DNA from: Utricularia gibba
Taxonomy: Eukaryota; Plantae; Magnoliophyta
Direction of reading: 5' to 3'
NCBI GenBank assembly: GCA_002189035.1
Contig: NEEC01000154.1
Location: 1-63,887, forward strand
Length of the DNA stretch: 63,887 bases
The notes beneath the pieces are model-generated. The model saw nothing but the letters and a program-made list of their open reading frames with translations, did not search any database and was not told the origin of the DNA. Shown piece after piece: positions 13,301 through 28,264 of this stretch. A program made the position numbers and the translations under genes. How positions within the stretch are numbered: the stretch's first letter is position 1; each line of letters opens with the position of its first letter.

Positions 13301-16300
13301 GGCCACTTTGTGGCACAATTGAAGGGTAATATAAGGCAATAATTCGAGCTCTGATATATTGTCGGACAATGAAGCTTCCAAAACGGAAGATGACCGCCCT
13401 AAAATGAGCTTTGAAACAGTGTGTCGTACGCTACGTGGCTCATCACGGTTTCAAGATATCGATAAAATACGGAATGGTGCACGAGGCCTGCATCAGGTGT
13501 GGGTTGGAACACAACCGTGCCATTGTAAGGGATCGCCTCAAAAACAAAAATTTCACACCTTCCAATGAAATGCATATCTTTTGCAAGCGAGAAATCACAT
13601 TTGCGTCGAATTGGAAGCCCCGAGTCGCATCATCGCGTACGTCGTGGCCACTTTGTGGCACAATTGAAGGCTAATATAAGGCAATAATTCGATCTCTGAT
13701 ACATCGTCGGACGACGAAGCTTCAAAAACGGAAGATGACCGCTCTGGAATGAGCTTCGAAACGGTGTGTCGTGTGCAACAAGGCTCATCACGGTTTTCAA
13801 GATATTTACAAAATACGGAATGGTGCACGAGGCCTGCATCAGGTGTGGGTTGGAACACAACCGTGGCATTGTAAGGGTTCGCCTCTAAACAAAAATTTCA
13901 TACCTTCCAATGAAATCCATATGTTTTGAAAGCGAGAAATCCCATTCGCGTCGAATCGGAAGTCCGAGGTCGCATCATCGCGAACGTCGTGGCCACTTTG
14001 TGGCACAATTGAAGGGTAATATAAGGCAATAATTCGAGCTCTGATACATCGTCGAACGACAAAGCTTCAAAACGGAAGATGACCGCCTCGGAATGAGCTT
14101 CGAAACGGTGTGTCATGCGCAACGCGGCTCATCACGGTTTTAAGATATCGACAAAATACGGAATGGTGCACGAGGCCTTCATCAGGTGTGGGTTGGAACA
14201 CACCTGGCATTGTAAGGATCGCCTCTAAAACGAAAATTTCACACCTTCCAATGAAATCCATATGTCTTGAAGCGAGAAACCATTCGCGTCGAATTGGAAG
14301 CCCCGAGTCGCATCATCGCGACGTCGTGGCCACTTTGTGGCACAATTGAAGGCAAATATAAGGCAATAATTCGATCTCTGATACATCGTCGACGACGAAG
14401 CTTCAAAACGGAAGATGACCTCTGGAATGAGCTTCGAAACGGTGTGTCGTGTGCAACAAGGCTCATCACGGTTTTCAAGATATTTACAAAATACGGAATG
14501 GTGCACGAGGCCTGCATCAGGTGTGGGTTGGAACACACTCGTGGCATTGTAAGGGTTGCCTCTAAAACAAAAATTTCATACCTTCCAATGAAATGCATAT
14601 GTTTGAAGCGAGAAATCCAATTCGCGTCGAATCGGAAGTCCGAGGTCGCATCATCGCGAACGTCGTGGCACTTTTTGGCACAATTGAAGGCTAATATAAG
14701 GCAATAATTCGAGCTCTGATATATTGTACGACGAAGCTTCAAAAACGGAAGATGACCGCCTCGGAATGAGCTTCGAATGTGTGTCAACGTGGCTCATCAC
14801 GGTTTTCAAGATATCGATAAAATACGGAATGGTGCACGAGGCCTCATCAGGTGTGGGTTGGAACACAACCGTGGCATTGTAAGGGATCGCCTCAAAAACA
14901 AAAATTTCACACCTTCCAATGAAATGCATATGTTTTGCAAGCGAGAAATCACATTTGCGTCGAATGGAAGCCCGAGTCGCATCATCGCGAACGTCGTGGC
15001 CACTTTGTGGCACAATTGAAGGTAATATAAGGAAATAATTCGAGCTCTGATATATTGTCGACGACGAAGCTTCAAAAACGGAAGATGACCGCCCTGGAAT
15101 GAGCTTCGAAACGGTGTGTCGTGCGCAACGTGGCTCATCACGGTTTCAAGATATCGAAAAATACGGAATGGTGCACGAGGCCTTCATCAGGTGTGGGTTG
15201 GAACACAACCGTGGCATTGTAAGGGATCGCCTCAAAAACGAAAAATTTCACACCTTCCAATGAAATGCATATGTTTTGAAGCGAGAAATCCCATTCGCGT
15301 CGAATCGGAAGTCCGAGTCGCATCATCGCGAACGTCGTGGCCACTTTGTGGCACAATTGAAGGTAATATAAGGCAAAATTCGAGCTCTGATATTGTCGGA
15401 CGAAGCTTCAAAAACGGAAGATGACCGCCCTGGAATGAGCTTCGAAACGTGTGTCGTGCGCAACGTGGCTCATCACGGTTTCAAGATATCGAAAATACGG
15501 AATGGTGCACGAGGCCTGCATCAGGTGTGGGTTGGAACACAACCGTGCATTGTAAGGGATCGCCTCAAAAACAAAATTTCACACCTTCCAATGAAATGCA
15601 TATTTTGCAAGCGAGAAATCACATTTGCGTCGAATCGGAAGCCCCGAGTCGCATCATCGCGAACGTCGTGGCCACTTTGTGGCACAATTGAAGGCTAATA
15701 TAAGGCAATAATTCGATCTCTGATACATCGTCGGACGACGAAGCTTCAAAAACGGAAGATGACCGCCTGGAATGAGCTTCGAAACGGTGTGTCGTGTGCA
15801 ACAAGGCTCATCACGGTTTTCAAGATATTTAAAATACGGAATGGTGCACGAGGCCTGCATCAGGTGTGGGTTGGAACACAACCGTGGCATTGTAAGGGAT
15901 CGCCTCTAAAACAAAAATTTCACACCTTCCAATGAAATCCATATGTTTGAAGCGAGAAAACCCATTCGCGTCGAATCGGAAGTCCGAGGTCGCATCATCG
16001 CGAACGTCGTGGCCACTTTGTGGCACAATTGAAGGCTAATATAAGGCAATAATTCGAGCTCTGATACATCGTCGACGACGAAGCTTCAAAACGGAAGATG
16101 ACCGCTCTGGAATGAGCTTCGAAACGGTGTGTCGTGCAACGGCTCATCACGTTTTCAAGATATTTACAAATACGGAATGGTGCACGAGGCCTGCATCAGG
16201 TGTGGGTTGGAACACACCGTGGCATTGTAAGGGATCGCCTCTAAAACAAAATTTCATACCTTCCAATGAAATCCATATTCTTGAAGCGAGAAAACCCATT

Positions 16301-19300
16301 CGCGTCGAATCGGAAGTCCGAGGTCGCATCATCGCGAACGTCGTGGCCACTTTGTGGCACAATTGAAGGTAATATAAGGCAATAATTCGAGCTCTGATAC
16401 ATGTCGGACGACGAAGCTTCCAAAACGGAAGATGACCGCCTGGAATGAGCTTCGAAACGGTGTGTGTCGTGCGCAACGTGGCTCATCACGGTTTCAAGAT
16501 ATCGAAAAATACGGAATGGTGCACGAGGCCTGCATCAGGTGTGGGTTGGAACACAACCGTGGCATTGTAAGGGATCCTCAAAAAAAAATTTCACACCTTC
16601 CAATGAAATGCATATGTTTTGAAAGCGAGAAATCACATTTGCGTCGAATTGGAAGCCCCGAGTCGCATCATCGCGAACGTCGTGGCCACTTTGTGGCACA
16701 ATTGAAGGCTAATATAAGGCAATAATTCGAGCTCTGATACATGTCGGACGACGAAGCTTCAAAAACGGAAGATGACCGCCTCTGGAATGAGCTTCGAAAC
16801 GGTGTGTCGTGAACGGCTCATCACGGTTTTCAAGATATTACAAAATACGGAATGGTGCACGAGGCCTGCATCAGGTGTGGGTTGGAACACAACCGTGGCA
16901 TTGTAAGGGATCGCCTCAAAAACAAAAATTTCACACCTTCCAATGAAATGCATAATTTGCAAGCGAGAAATCACATTTGCGTCGAATCGGAAGTCCGAGT
17001 CGCATCATCGCGAACGTCGTGGCCACTTTGTGGCACAATTGAAGGCTAATAAGGCAATAATTCGAGCTCTGATACATCGTCGACGACGAAGCTTCCAAAA
17101 CGGAAGATGACCGCCTCGGAATGAGCTTCGAAACGGTGGTGTGCAACGTGGCTCATCACGGTTTTCAAGATATCGAAAATACGGAATGGTGCACGAGGCC
17201 TGCATCAGGTGTGGGTTGGAACACAACCGTGGCATTGTAAGGGATCGCCTCAAAACAAAAATTTCACACCTTCCAATGAAATGCATATGTTTTGCAAGCG
17301 AGAAATCCATTCGTCGAATCGGAAGTCCGAGTCGCATCATCGCGAACGTCGTGGCCACTTTGTGGCACAATTGAAGCTAATATAAGGCAATAATTCGAGC
17401 TCTGATACATCGTCGGACGACGAAGCTTCAAAAACGGAAGATGACCGCCTGGAATGAGCTTCGAAACGGTGTGTCGTGTGCAACAAGGCTCATCACGGTT
17501 TTCAAGATATTTAAAAATACGGAATGGTGCACGAGGCCTGCATCAGGTGTGGGTTGGAACACACCGTGGCATTGTAAGGGATCGCCTCTAAAACAAAATT
17601 TCATACCTTCCAATGAAATCCATATGTCTTGAAGCGAGAAACCCATTCGCGTCGAATCGGAAGTCCGAGGTCGCATCATCGCGAACGTCGTGGCCACTTT
17701 GTGGCACAATTGAAGGTAATATAAGGCAATAATTCGAGCTCTGATACATCGTCGGACGACGAAGCTTCCAAAACGGAAGATGACCGCCTCGGAATGAGCT
17801 TCGAAACGGTGTGTCGTGCGCAACGTGGCTCATCACGGTTTTCAAGATATCGAAAAATACGGAATGGTGCACGAGGCCTCATCAGGTGTGGGTTGGAACA
17901 CAACCGTGGCATTGTAAGGGATCGCCTCAAAAACAAAAATTTCACACCTTCCAATGAAATGCATATGTTTGAAGCGAGAAATCCATTTGCGTCGAATTGG
18001 AAGCCCCGTCGCATCATCGCGAACGTCGTGGCCACTTTGTGGCACAATTGAAGGCTAATATAAGGCAATAATTCGAGCTCTGATACATCGTCGGACGACG
18101 AAGCTTCAAAAACGGAAGATGACCGCTCTGGAATGAGCTTCGAAACGGTGTGTGTGTGCAACGGCTCATCACGGTTTTCAAGATATTAAAATACGGAATG
18201 GTGCACGGCCTGCATCAGGTGTGGGTTGGAACACACCGTGGCATTGTAAGGGTTCGCCTCTAAAACAAAAATTTCATACCTTCCAATGAAATCCATATGT
18301 CTTGAATGCGAGAAAACCCATTCGCGTCGAATCGGAAGTCCGAGGTCGCATCATCGCGAACGTCGTGGCCACTTTGTGGCACAATTGAAGGCTAATATAA
18401 GGCAATAATTCGAGCTCTGATATATGTCGACGACGAAGCTTCAAAACGGAAGATGACCGCCTCGGAATGAGCTTCGAAACGGTGTGTCGTGTGAAACGTG
18501 GCTCATCACGGTTTTCAAGATATCGAAAATACGGAATGGTGCACGAGGCCTGCATCAGGTGTGGGTTGGAACACAACCGTGCATTGTAAGGGATCGCCTC
18601 AAAAACAAAAATTTCACACCTTCCAATGAAATGCATATGTTTTGCAAGCGAGAAATCCATTTGCGTCGAATCGGAAGCCCGAGTCGCATCATCGCGAACG
18701 TCGTGGCCACTTTGTGGCACAATTGAAGGCTAATATAAGGCAATAATTCGAGCTCTGATATATTGTCGGACGACGAAGCTTCAAAACGGAAGATGACCGC
18801 CCTGGAATGAGCTTCGAAACGGTGTGTCGTGTGCAACAAGGCTCATCACGGTTTTCAAGATATCGACAAAATACGGAATGGTGCACGAGGCCTGCATCAG
18901 GTGTGGGTTGGAACACACCGTGGCATTGTAAGGGATCGCCTCAAAACAAAATTTCACACCTTCCAATGAAATGCATATGTTTTGCAAGCGAGAAATCACA
19001 TTTGCGTCGAATTGGAAGCCCCGAGTCGCATCATCGCGAACGTCGTGGCCACTTTGTGGCACAATTGAAGGCTAATATAAGGCAATAATTCGAGCTCTGA
19101 TACATCGTCGGACGACGAAGCTTCAAAAACGGAAGATGACCGCTCTGGAATGAGCTTCGAAACGGTGTGTCGTGCAACAAGGCTCATCACGGTTTTCAAG
19201 ATATTTACAAAATACGGAATGGTGCACGAGGCCTGCATCAGGTGTGGGTTGGAACACAACCGTGGCATTGTAAGGGATCGCCTCTAAAACAAAAATTTCA

Positions 19301-22300
19301 CACCTTCCAATGAAATCCATATGTTTGAAGCGAGAAACCCATTCGCGTCGAATCGGAAGTCCGAGGTCGCATCATCGCGAACGTCGTGGCCACTTTGTGG
19401 CACAATTGAAGGCTAATATAAGGCAATAATTCGAGCTCTGATACATCGTCGACGACGAAGCTTCAAAACGGAAGATGACCGCCTGGAATGAGCTTCGAAC
19501 GGTGTGTCGTGTGAACGGCTCATCACGGTTTTCAAGATATCGAAAAATACGGAATGGTGCACGAGGCCTGCATCAGGTGTGGGTTGGAACACAACCGTGC
19601 ATTGTAAGGGATCGCCTCAAAAACAAAAATTTCACACCTTCCAATGAAATGCATGTTTTGCAAGCGAGAAATCACATTTGCGTCGAATTGGAAGCCCGAG
19701 TCGCATCATCGCGAACGTCGTGGCCACTTTGTGGCACAATTGAAGGCTAATATAAGGCAATAATTCGATCTGATATATTGTCGGACGACGAAGCTTTGAG
19801 CTGGAATGAGCTTCGAAACGTGCAACAAGGCTCATCACGGTTTTCAAGATATTTAAAATACGGAATGGTGCACGAGGCCTGCATCAGGTGTGGGTTGGAA
19901 CACACCGTGGCATTGTAAGGGATCGCCTCAAAAACAAAAATTTCACACCTTCCAATGAAATGCATATGTTTTGCAAGCGAGAAATCCATTTGCGTCGAAT
20001 TGGAAGCCCCGAGTCGCATCATCGCGAACGTCGTGGCCACTTTGTGGCACAATTGAAGGCTAATATAAGGCAATAATTCGAGCTCTGATACATCGTCGGA
20101 CGACGAAGCTTCAAAAACGGAAGATGACCGCTCTGGAATGAGCTTCGAAACGGTGTGTCGTGTGCAACGTGGCTCATCACGGTTTTCAAGATATTAAAAT
20201 ACGGAATGGTGCACGAGGCCTGCATCAGGTGTGGGTTGGAACACACCGTGGCATTGTAAGGGTTCGCCTCTAAAACAAAAATTTCACACCTTCCAATGAA
20301 ATCCATATGTTTGAAGCGAGAAAACCCATTCGCGTCGAATCGGAAGTCCGAGGTCGCATCATCGCGAACGTCGTGGCCACTTTGTGGCACAATTGAAGGC
20401 TAATATAAGGCAATAATTCGAGCTCTGATATATTGTCGACGACAAAGCTTGCAAAACGGAAGATGACCGCCTCGGAATGAGCTTCGAAACAAAACGTGGC
20501 TCATCACGGTTTTCAAGATATCGATAAAATACGGAATGGTGCACGAGGCCTGCATCAGGTGTGGGTTGGAACACAACCGTGCATTGTAAGGGATCGCCTC
20601 AAAAACAAAAATTTCACACCTTCCAATGAAATGCATATGTTTTGCAAGCGAGAAATCACATTTGCGTCGAATTGGAAGCCCCGAGTCGCATCATCGCGTA
20701 CGTCGTGGCCACTTTGTGGCACAATTGAAGGCTAATATAAGGCAATAATTCGATCTCTGATACATCGTCGGACGACGAAGCTTCAAAAACGGAAGATGAC
20801 CGCTCGGAATGAGCTTCGAAACGGTGTGTCGTGTGCAACAAGGGCTCATCACGGTTTTCAAGATATTTAAAATACGGAATGGTGCACGAGGCCTGCATCA
20901 GGTGTGGGTTGGAACACAACCGTGGCATTGTAAGGGATCGCCTCTAAAACAAAATTTCACACCTTCCAATGAAATGCATATGTTTTGAAAGCGAGAAATC
21001 CAATTCGCGTCGAATCGGAAGTCCGAGTCGCATCATCGCGAACGTCGTGGCCACTTTGTGGCACAATTGAAGGGTAATATAAGGAAATATTCGAGCTCTG
21101 ATATATTGTCGGACGACGAAGCTTCAAAAACGGAAGATGACCGCCCTGGAATGAGCTTCGAAACGGTGTGTCGTGCGCAACGTGGCTCATCACGGTTTCA
21201 AGATATCAAAATACGGAATGGTGCACGGCCTTCATCAGGTGTGGGTTGGAACACAACCGTGGCATTGTAAGGGATCGCCTAAAACAAAAATTTCACACCT
21301 TCCAATGAAATCCATATGTTTGAAGCGAGAAATCCCATTCGCGTCGAATCGGAAGTCCGAGGTCGCATCATCGCGAACGTCGTGGCCACTTTGTGGCACA
21401 ATTGAAGGGTAATATAAGGCAATAATTCGAGCTCTGATATATTGTCGGACGACGAAGCTTCCAAAACGGAAGATGACCGCCCTGGAATGAGCTTTCGAAA
21501 CGGTGTGTCGTGCAACGTGGCTCATCACGGTTTCAAGATATCGATAAAATACGGAATGGTGCACGAGGCCTGCATCAGGTGTGGGTTGGAACACAACCGT
21601 GCATTGTAAGGGATCGCCTCAAAAACAAAAATTTCACACCTTCCAATGAAATGCATTTTTGCAAGCGAGAAATCCCATTTGCGTCGAATTGGAAGTCCGA
21701 GTCGCATCATCGCGAACGTCGTGGCCACTTTGTGGCACAATTGAAGGCTAATATAAGGCAATAATTCGAGCTCTGATACATCGTCGGACGACGAAGCTTC
21801 AAAACGGAAGATGACCGCTCTGGAATGAGCTTCGAAACGGTGTGTCGTGTGCAACAAGGCTCATCACGGTTTTCAAGATATAATACGGAATGGTGCACGA
21901 GGCCTGCATCAGGTGTGGGTTGGAACACAACCGTGGCATTGTAAGGGATCGCCTCAAACAAAAATTTCACACCTTCCAATGAAATCCATATGTTTGAAGC
22001 GAGAAAACCCATTCGCGTCGAATCGGAAGTCCGAGTCGCATCATCGCGAACGTCGTGGCCACTTTGTGGCACAATTGAAGGCTAATATAAGGCAATAATT
22101 CGAGCTCTGATATATTGTCGAACGACGAAGCTTCAAAACGGAAGATGACCGCCTGGAATGAGCTTCGAAACGTGTGTGTCGTGCAACGTGGCTCATCACG
22201 GTTTTCAAGATATCGATAAAATACGGAATGGTGCACGAGGCCTGCATCAGGTGTGGTTGGAACACAACCGTGGCATTGTAAGGGATCGCCTCAAAAACAA

Positions 22301-25300
22301 AAATTTCACACCTTCCAATGAAATGCATATCTTTTGCAAGCGAGAAATCACATTGCGTCGAATTGGAAGCCCCGAGTCGCATCATCGCGAACGTCGTGGC
22401 CACTTTGTGGCACAATTGAAGGCTAATATAAGGCAATAATTCGAGCTCTGATACATCGTCGGACGACGAAGCTTCAAAAACGGAAGATGACCGCCTGGAA
22501 TGAGCTTCGAAACGGTGTGTCGTGTGCAACGGCTCATCACGGTTTTCAAGATATTACAAAATACGGAATGGTGCACGAGGCCTGCATCAGGTGTGGGTTG
22601 AACACAACCGTGGCATTGTAAGGGATCGCCTCTAAAACAAAAATTTCACACCTTCCAATGAAATCCATATGTTGAAGCGAGAAATCCATTCGCGTCGAAT
22701 CGGAAGTCCGAGGTCGCATCATCGCGAACGTCGTGGCCACTTTGTGGCACAATTGAAGGCTAATATAAGGCAATAATTCGAGCTCTGATATATTGTCGAA
22801 CGACGAAGCTTAAAAACGGAAGATGACCGCCTCGGAATGAGCTTCGAAACGGTGTGTCGTGTGCAACGTGGCTCATCACGGTTTTCAAGATATCGACAAA
22901 ATACGGAATGGTGCACGAGGCCTGCATCAGGTGTGGGTTGGAACACAACCGTGGCATTGTAAGGGATCGCCTCTAAAACGAAAATTTCACACCTTCCAAT
23001 GAAATGCATATGTTTTGCAAGCGAGAAATCCATTTGCGTCGAATCGGAAGTCCGAGTCGCATCATCGCGAACGTCGTGGCCACTTTGTGGCACAATTGAA
23101 GGGTAATATAAGGCAATAATTCGAGCTCTGATATATTGTCGGACGACGAAGCTTCAAAACGGAAGATGACCGCCCTGGAATGAGCTTCGAAACGGTGTGT
23201 CGTGCGCAACGTGGCTCATCACGGTTTCAAGATATCGACAAAATACGGAATGGTGCACGAGGCCTGCATCAGGTGTGGGTTGGAACACAACCGTTGCATT
23301 GTAAGGGATCGCCTCAAAAACAAAAATTTCACACCTTCCAATGAAATGCATATGTTTTGAAAGCGAGAAATCCCATTCGCGTCGAATCGGAAGTCCGAGT
23401 CGCATCATCGCGAACGTCGTGGCCACTTTGTGGCACAATTGAAGGGTAATATAAGGCAATAATTCGAGCTCTGATATATGTCGGACGACGAAGCTTCCAA
23501 AACGGAAGATGACCGCCTGGAATGAGCTTCGAAACGGTGTCGTCGCAACGTGGCTCATCACGGTTTTCAAGATATCGAAAAATACGGAATGGTGCACGAG
23601 GCCTGCATCAGGTGTGGGTTGGAACACAACCGTGCATTGTAAGGGATCGCCTCAAAACAAAAATTTCACACCTTCCAATGAAATGCATTTTGCAAGCGAG
23701 AAATCACATTTGCGTCGAATTGGAAGCCCCGAGTCGCATCATCGCGAACGTCGTGGCCACTTTGTGGCACAATTGAAGGCTAATATAAGGCAATAATTCG
23801 AGCTCTGATACATCGTCGACGACGAAGCTTCAAAAACGGAAGATGACCGCTCTGGAATGAGCTTCGAAACGGTGTGTGTGTGTGCAACAAGGCTCATCAC
23901 GGTTTTCAAGATATTTACAAAATACGGAATGGTGCACGAGGCCTGCATCAGGTGTGGGTTGGAACACAACCGTGGCATTGTAAGGGTTCGCCTCTAAAAC
24001 AAAAATTTCATACCTTCCAATGAAATCCATATGTTTTGAATGCGAGAAAACCCATTCGCGTCGAATCGGAAGTCCGAGGTCGCATCATCGCGAACGTCGT
24101 GGCCACTTTTGGCACAATTGAAGGCTAATATAAGGCAATAATTCGAGCTCTGATATTGTCGAACGACAAAGCTTGAAAACGGAAGATGACCGCCTCGGAA
24201 TGAGCTTCGAAACGGTGTGTCGTGTGCAACGTGGCTCATCACGGTTTTCAAGATATCGAAAATACGGAATGGTGCACGAGGCCTGCATCAGGTGTGGGTT
24301 GGAACACAACCGTGGCATTGTAAGGGATCGCCTCAAAAACAAAAATTTCACACCTTCCAATGAAATGCATATGTTTTGAAGCGAGAAATCACATTCGCGT
24401 CGAATCGGAAGTCCGAGTCGCATCATCGCGAACGTCGTGGCCACTTTGTGGCACAATTGAAGGCTAATATAAGGCAATAATTCGAGCTCTGATACATGTC
24501 GGACGACGAAGCTTAAAAACGGAAGATGACCGCCTCTGGAATGAGCTTCGAAACGGTGTGTGTGTGCAACAAGGCTCATCACGGTTTTCAAGATATTTAC
24601 AAAATACGGAATGGTGCACGAGGCCTGCATCAGGTGTGGGTTGGAACACAACCGTGGCATTGTAAGGGATCGCCTCTAAAAAAAATTTCACACCTTCCAA
24701 TGAAATGCATATGTTTTGAAAGCGAGAAATCCCATTCGCGTCGAATCGGAAGTCCGGTCGCATCATCGCGAACGTCGTGGCCACTTTGTGGCACAATTGA
24801 AGGTAATATAAGGCAATAATTCGAGCTCTGATATATTGTCGGACGACGAAGCTTCAAAAACGGAAGATGACCGCCCTGGAATGAGCTTCGAAACGGTGTG
24901 TCGTGCGCAACGTGGCTCATCACGGTTTTCAAGATATCGAAAAATACGGAATGGTGCACGAGGCCTTCATCAGGTGTGGGTTGGAACACAACCGTGGCAT
25001 TGTAAGGGATCGCCTCAAAAACGAAAAAATTTCACACCTTCCAATGAAATCCATATGTTTGAAAGCGAGAAATCCCATTCGCGTCGAATCGGAAGTCCGA
25101 GTCGCATCATCGCGAACGTGGCCACTTTGTGGCACAATTGAAGGCTAATATAAGGCAATAATTCGAGCTCTGATACATCGTCGGACGACGAAGCTTCCAA
25201 AAACGGAAGATGACCGCCCTGGAATGAGCTTCGAAACGGTGTGTCGTGGCAACGTGGCTCATCACGGTTTCAAGATATCGAAAATACGGAATGGTGCACG

Positions 25301-27920
25301 AGGCCTGCATCAGGTGTGGGTTGGAACACAACCGTGCATTGTAAGGGATCGCCTCAAAAACAAAAATTTCACACCTTCCAATGAAATGCATATGTTTTGC
25401 AAGCGAGAAATCCATTTGCGTCGAATTGGAAGCCCGAGTCGCATCATCGCGACGTCGTGGCCACTTTGTGGCACAATTGAAGGCTAATATAAGGCAATAA
25501 TTCGAGCTCTGATACATCGTCGGACGACGAAGCTTCAAAAACGGAAGATGACCGCTCGGAATGAGCTTCGAACGGTGTCGTGTGCAACAAGGCTCATCAC
25601 GGTTTTCAAGATATTACAAAATACGGAATGGTGCACGAGGCCTGCATCAGGTGTGGGTTGGAACACACCGTGGCATTGTAAGGGTTCGCCTCTTAAAAAA
25701 AAATTTCATACCTTCCAATGAAATCCATATGTTTGAATGCGAGAAACCCATTCGCGTCGAATCGGAAGTCCGAGGTCGCATCATCGCGAACGTCGTGGCC
25801 ACTTTGTGGCACAATTGAAGGCTAATATAAGGCAATAATTCGAGCTCTGATATATCGTCGAACGACAAAGCTTCAAAAACGGAAGATGACCGCCTCGGAA
25901 TGAGCTTCGAAACGGTGTGTCGTGCAAACGTGGCTCATCACGGTTTTCAAGATATCGATAAAATACGGAATGGTGCACGAGGCCTGCATCAGGTGTGGGT
26001 TGGAACACAACCGTGGCATTGTAAGGGATCGCTCAAAAACAAAAATTTCACACTTCCAATGAAATGCATATGTTTTGAAGCGAGAAATCATTCGCGTCGA
26101 ATCGGAAGTCCGAGTCGCATCATCGCGAACGTCGTGGCCACTTTGTGGCAATTGAAGGCTAATATAAGGCAATAATTCGAGCTCTGATATATTGTCGGAC
26201 GACGAAGCTTCAAAAACGGAAGATGACCGCCCTGGAATGAGCTTCGAAACGGTGTGTCGCAAGGCTCATCACGGTTTTCAAGATATTTACAAAATACGGA
26301 ATGGTGCACGAGGCCTGCATCAGGTGTGGTTGGAAGCATTGTAAGGGATCGCTCTAAAACGAAAATTTCATACCTTCCAATGAAATCATATGTTTGAATG
26401 CGAGAAACCCATTCGCGTCGAATCGGAAGTCCGAGGTCGCATCATCGCGAACGTCGTGGCCACTTTGTGGCACAATTGAAGGCTAATATAAGGCAATAAT
26501 TCGAGCTCTGATACATCGTCGACGACAAGCTTGCAAAACGGAAGATGACCGCCTCGGAATGAGCTTCGAAACGGTGTGTCGTGCAAACGTGGCTCATCAC
26601 GGTTTTCAAGATATCGATAAAATACGGAATGGTGCACGAGGCCTGCATCAGGTGTGGGTTGGAACACAACCGTGCCATTGTAAGGGATCGCCTCAAAAAC
26701 AAAAATTTCACACCTTCCAATGAAATGCATGTGTTTTGCAAGCGAGAAATCACATTTGCGTCGAATTGGAAGCCCGAGTCGCATCATCGCGAACGTCGTG
26801 GCCACTTTGTGGCACAATTGAAGGCTAATATAAGGCAATAATTCGAGCTCTGATATATTGTCGGACGACGAAGCTTCAAAACGGAAGATGACCGCCTGGA
26901 ATGAGCTTCGAAACGGTGTGTCGTGTGCAACAAGGCTCATCACGGTTTTCAAGATATTTACAAAATACGGAATGGTGCACGAGGCCTGCATCAGGTGTGG
27001 GTTGGAACACACTGGCATTGTAAGGGATCGCTCTAAAACGAAAATTTCACACCTTCCAATGAAATGCATATGTTTTGAAGCGAGAAATCAATTCGCGTCG
27101 AATCGGAAGTCCGAGGTCGCATCATCGCGAACGTCGTGGCCACTTTGTGGCACAATTGAAGGGTAATATAAGGAAATAATTCGAGCTCTGATATATTGTC
27201 GAACGACGAAGCTTCAAAAACGGAAGATGACCGCCCGGAATGAGCTTCGAAACGGTGTGTCGTGCAACGTGGCTCATCACGGTTTCAAGATATCGAGAAA
27301 ATACGGAATGGTGCACGAGGCCTTCATCAGGTGTGGGTTGGAACACAACCGTGGCATTGTAAGGGATCGCCTCAAAAACAAAAATTTCACACCTTCCAAT
27401 GAAATCCATATGTTTTGAAAGCGAGAAATCCATTCGCGTCGAATCGGAAGTCCGAGGTCGCATCATCGCGAACGTCGTGGCCACTTTTTGGCACAATTGA
27501 AGGGTAATATAAGGCAATAATTCGAGCTCTGATATATTGTCGGACGACGAAGCTTCCAAAACGGAAGATGACCGCCCTAGAATGAGCTTCGAAACGGTGT
27601 GTCGTGCGCGTGGCTCATCACGGTTTTCAAGATATCGATAAAATACGGAATGGTGCACGAGGCCTGCATCAGGTGTGGGTTGGAACACAACCGTGCATTG
27701 TAAGGGATCGCCTCAAAAACAAAAATTTCACACCTTCCAATGAAATGCATATTTTGCAAGCGAGAAATCACATTTGCGTCGAATTGGAAGCCCCGAGTCG
27801 CATCATCGCGAACGTCGTGGCCACTTTGTGGCACAATTGAAGGCTAATATAAGGCAATAATTCGAGCTCTGATACATCGTCGGACGACGAAGCTTCAAAA
27901 ACGGAAGATGACCGCTCTGG

Positions 27921-28264
27921 AATGAGCTTCGAAACGGTGTGTCGTGTGCAACAAGGCTCATCACGGTTTTCAAGATATTTACAAAATACGGAATGGTGCA
28001 CGAGGCCTGCATCAGGTGTGGGTTGGAACACAACCGTGGCATTGTAAGGGTTCGCCTCTTAAACAAAAATTTCATACCTTCCAATGAAATCCATATGTCT
28101 TGAATGCGAGAAAACCCATTCGCGTCGAATCGGAAGTCCGAGGTCGCATCATCGCGAACGTCGTGGCCACTTTGTGGCACAATTGAAGGCTAATATAAGG
28201 CAATAATTCGAGCTCTGATATATTGTCGAACGACAAGCTTGAAAACGGAAGATGACCGCCTGGG
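27921..28264 (+). repeat. Representative subtype A monomer (344 bp)
   Basis: Diagnostic alleles: preceded by GACCGCTCTGG; GTGCAACAAGG, GATATTTAC, GGGTTCGCC, TTCATACC, ATCCATATGTCTTGAATGCGAGAAAACCC, AATCGGAAGTCCGAGG, tail GATATATTGTCGAACGAC. Phase set at AATGAGCTTCG. Confidence 0.9.

Noticed and set aside
27921-28264. 5S rDNA, spliced-leader, tRNA or snRNA tandem gene cluster (similar unit sizes exist)
   Set aside because: I see no 5S rRNA sequence or Pol III A/C boxes, no known spliced-leader exon and no tRNA cloverleaf on either strand. An Infernal/Rfam cmscan of the consensus would settle it.
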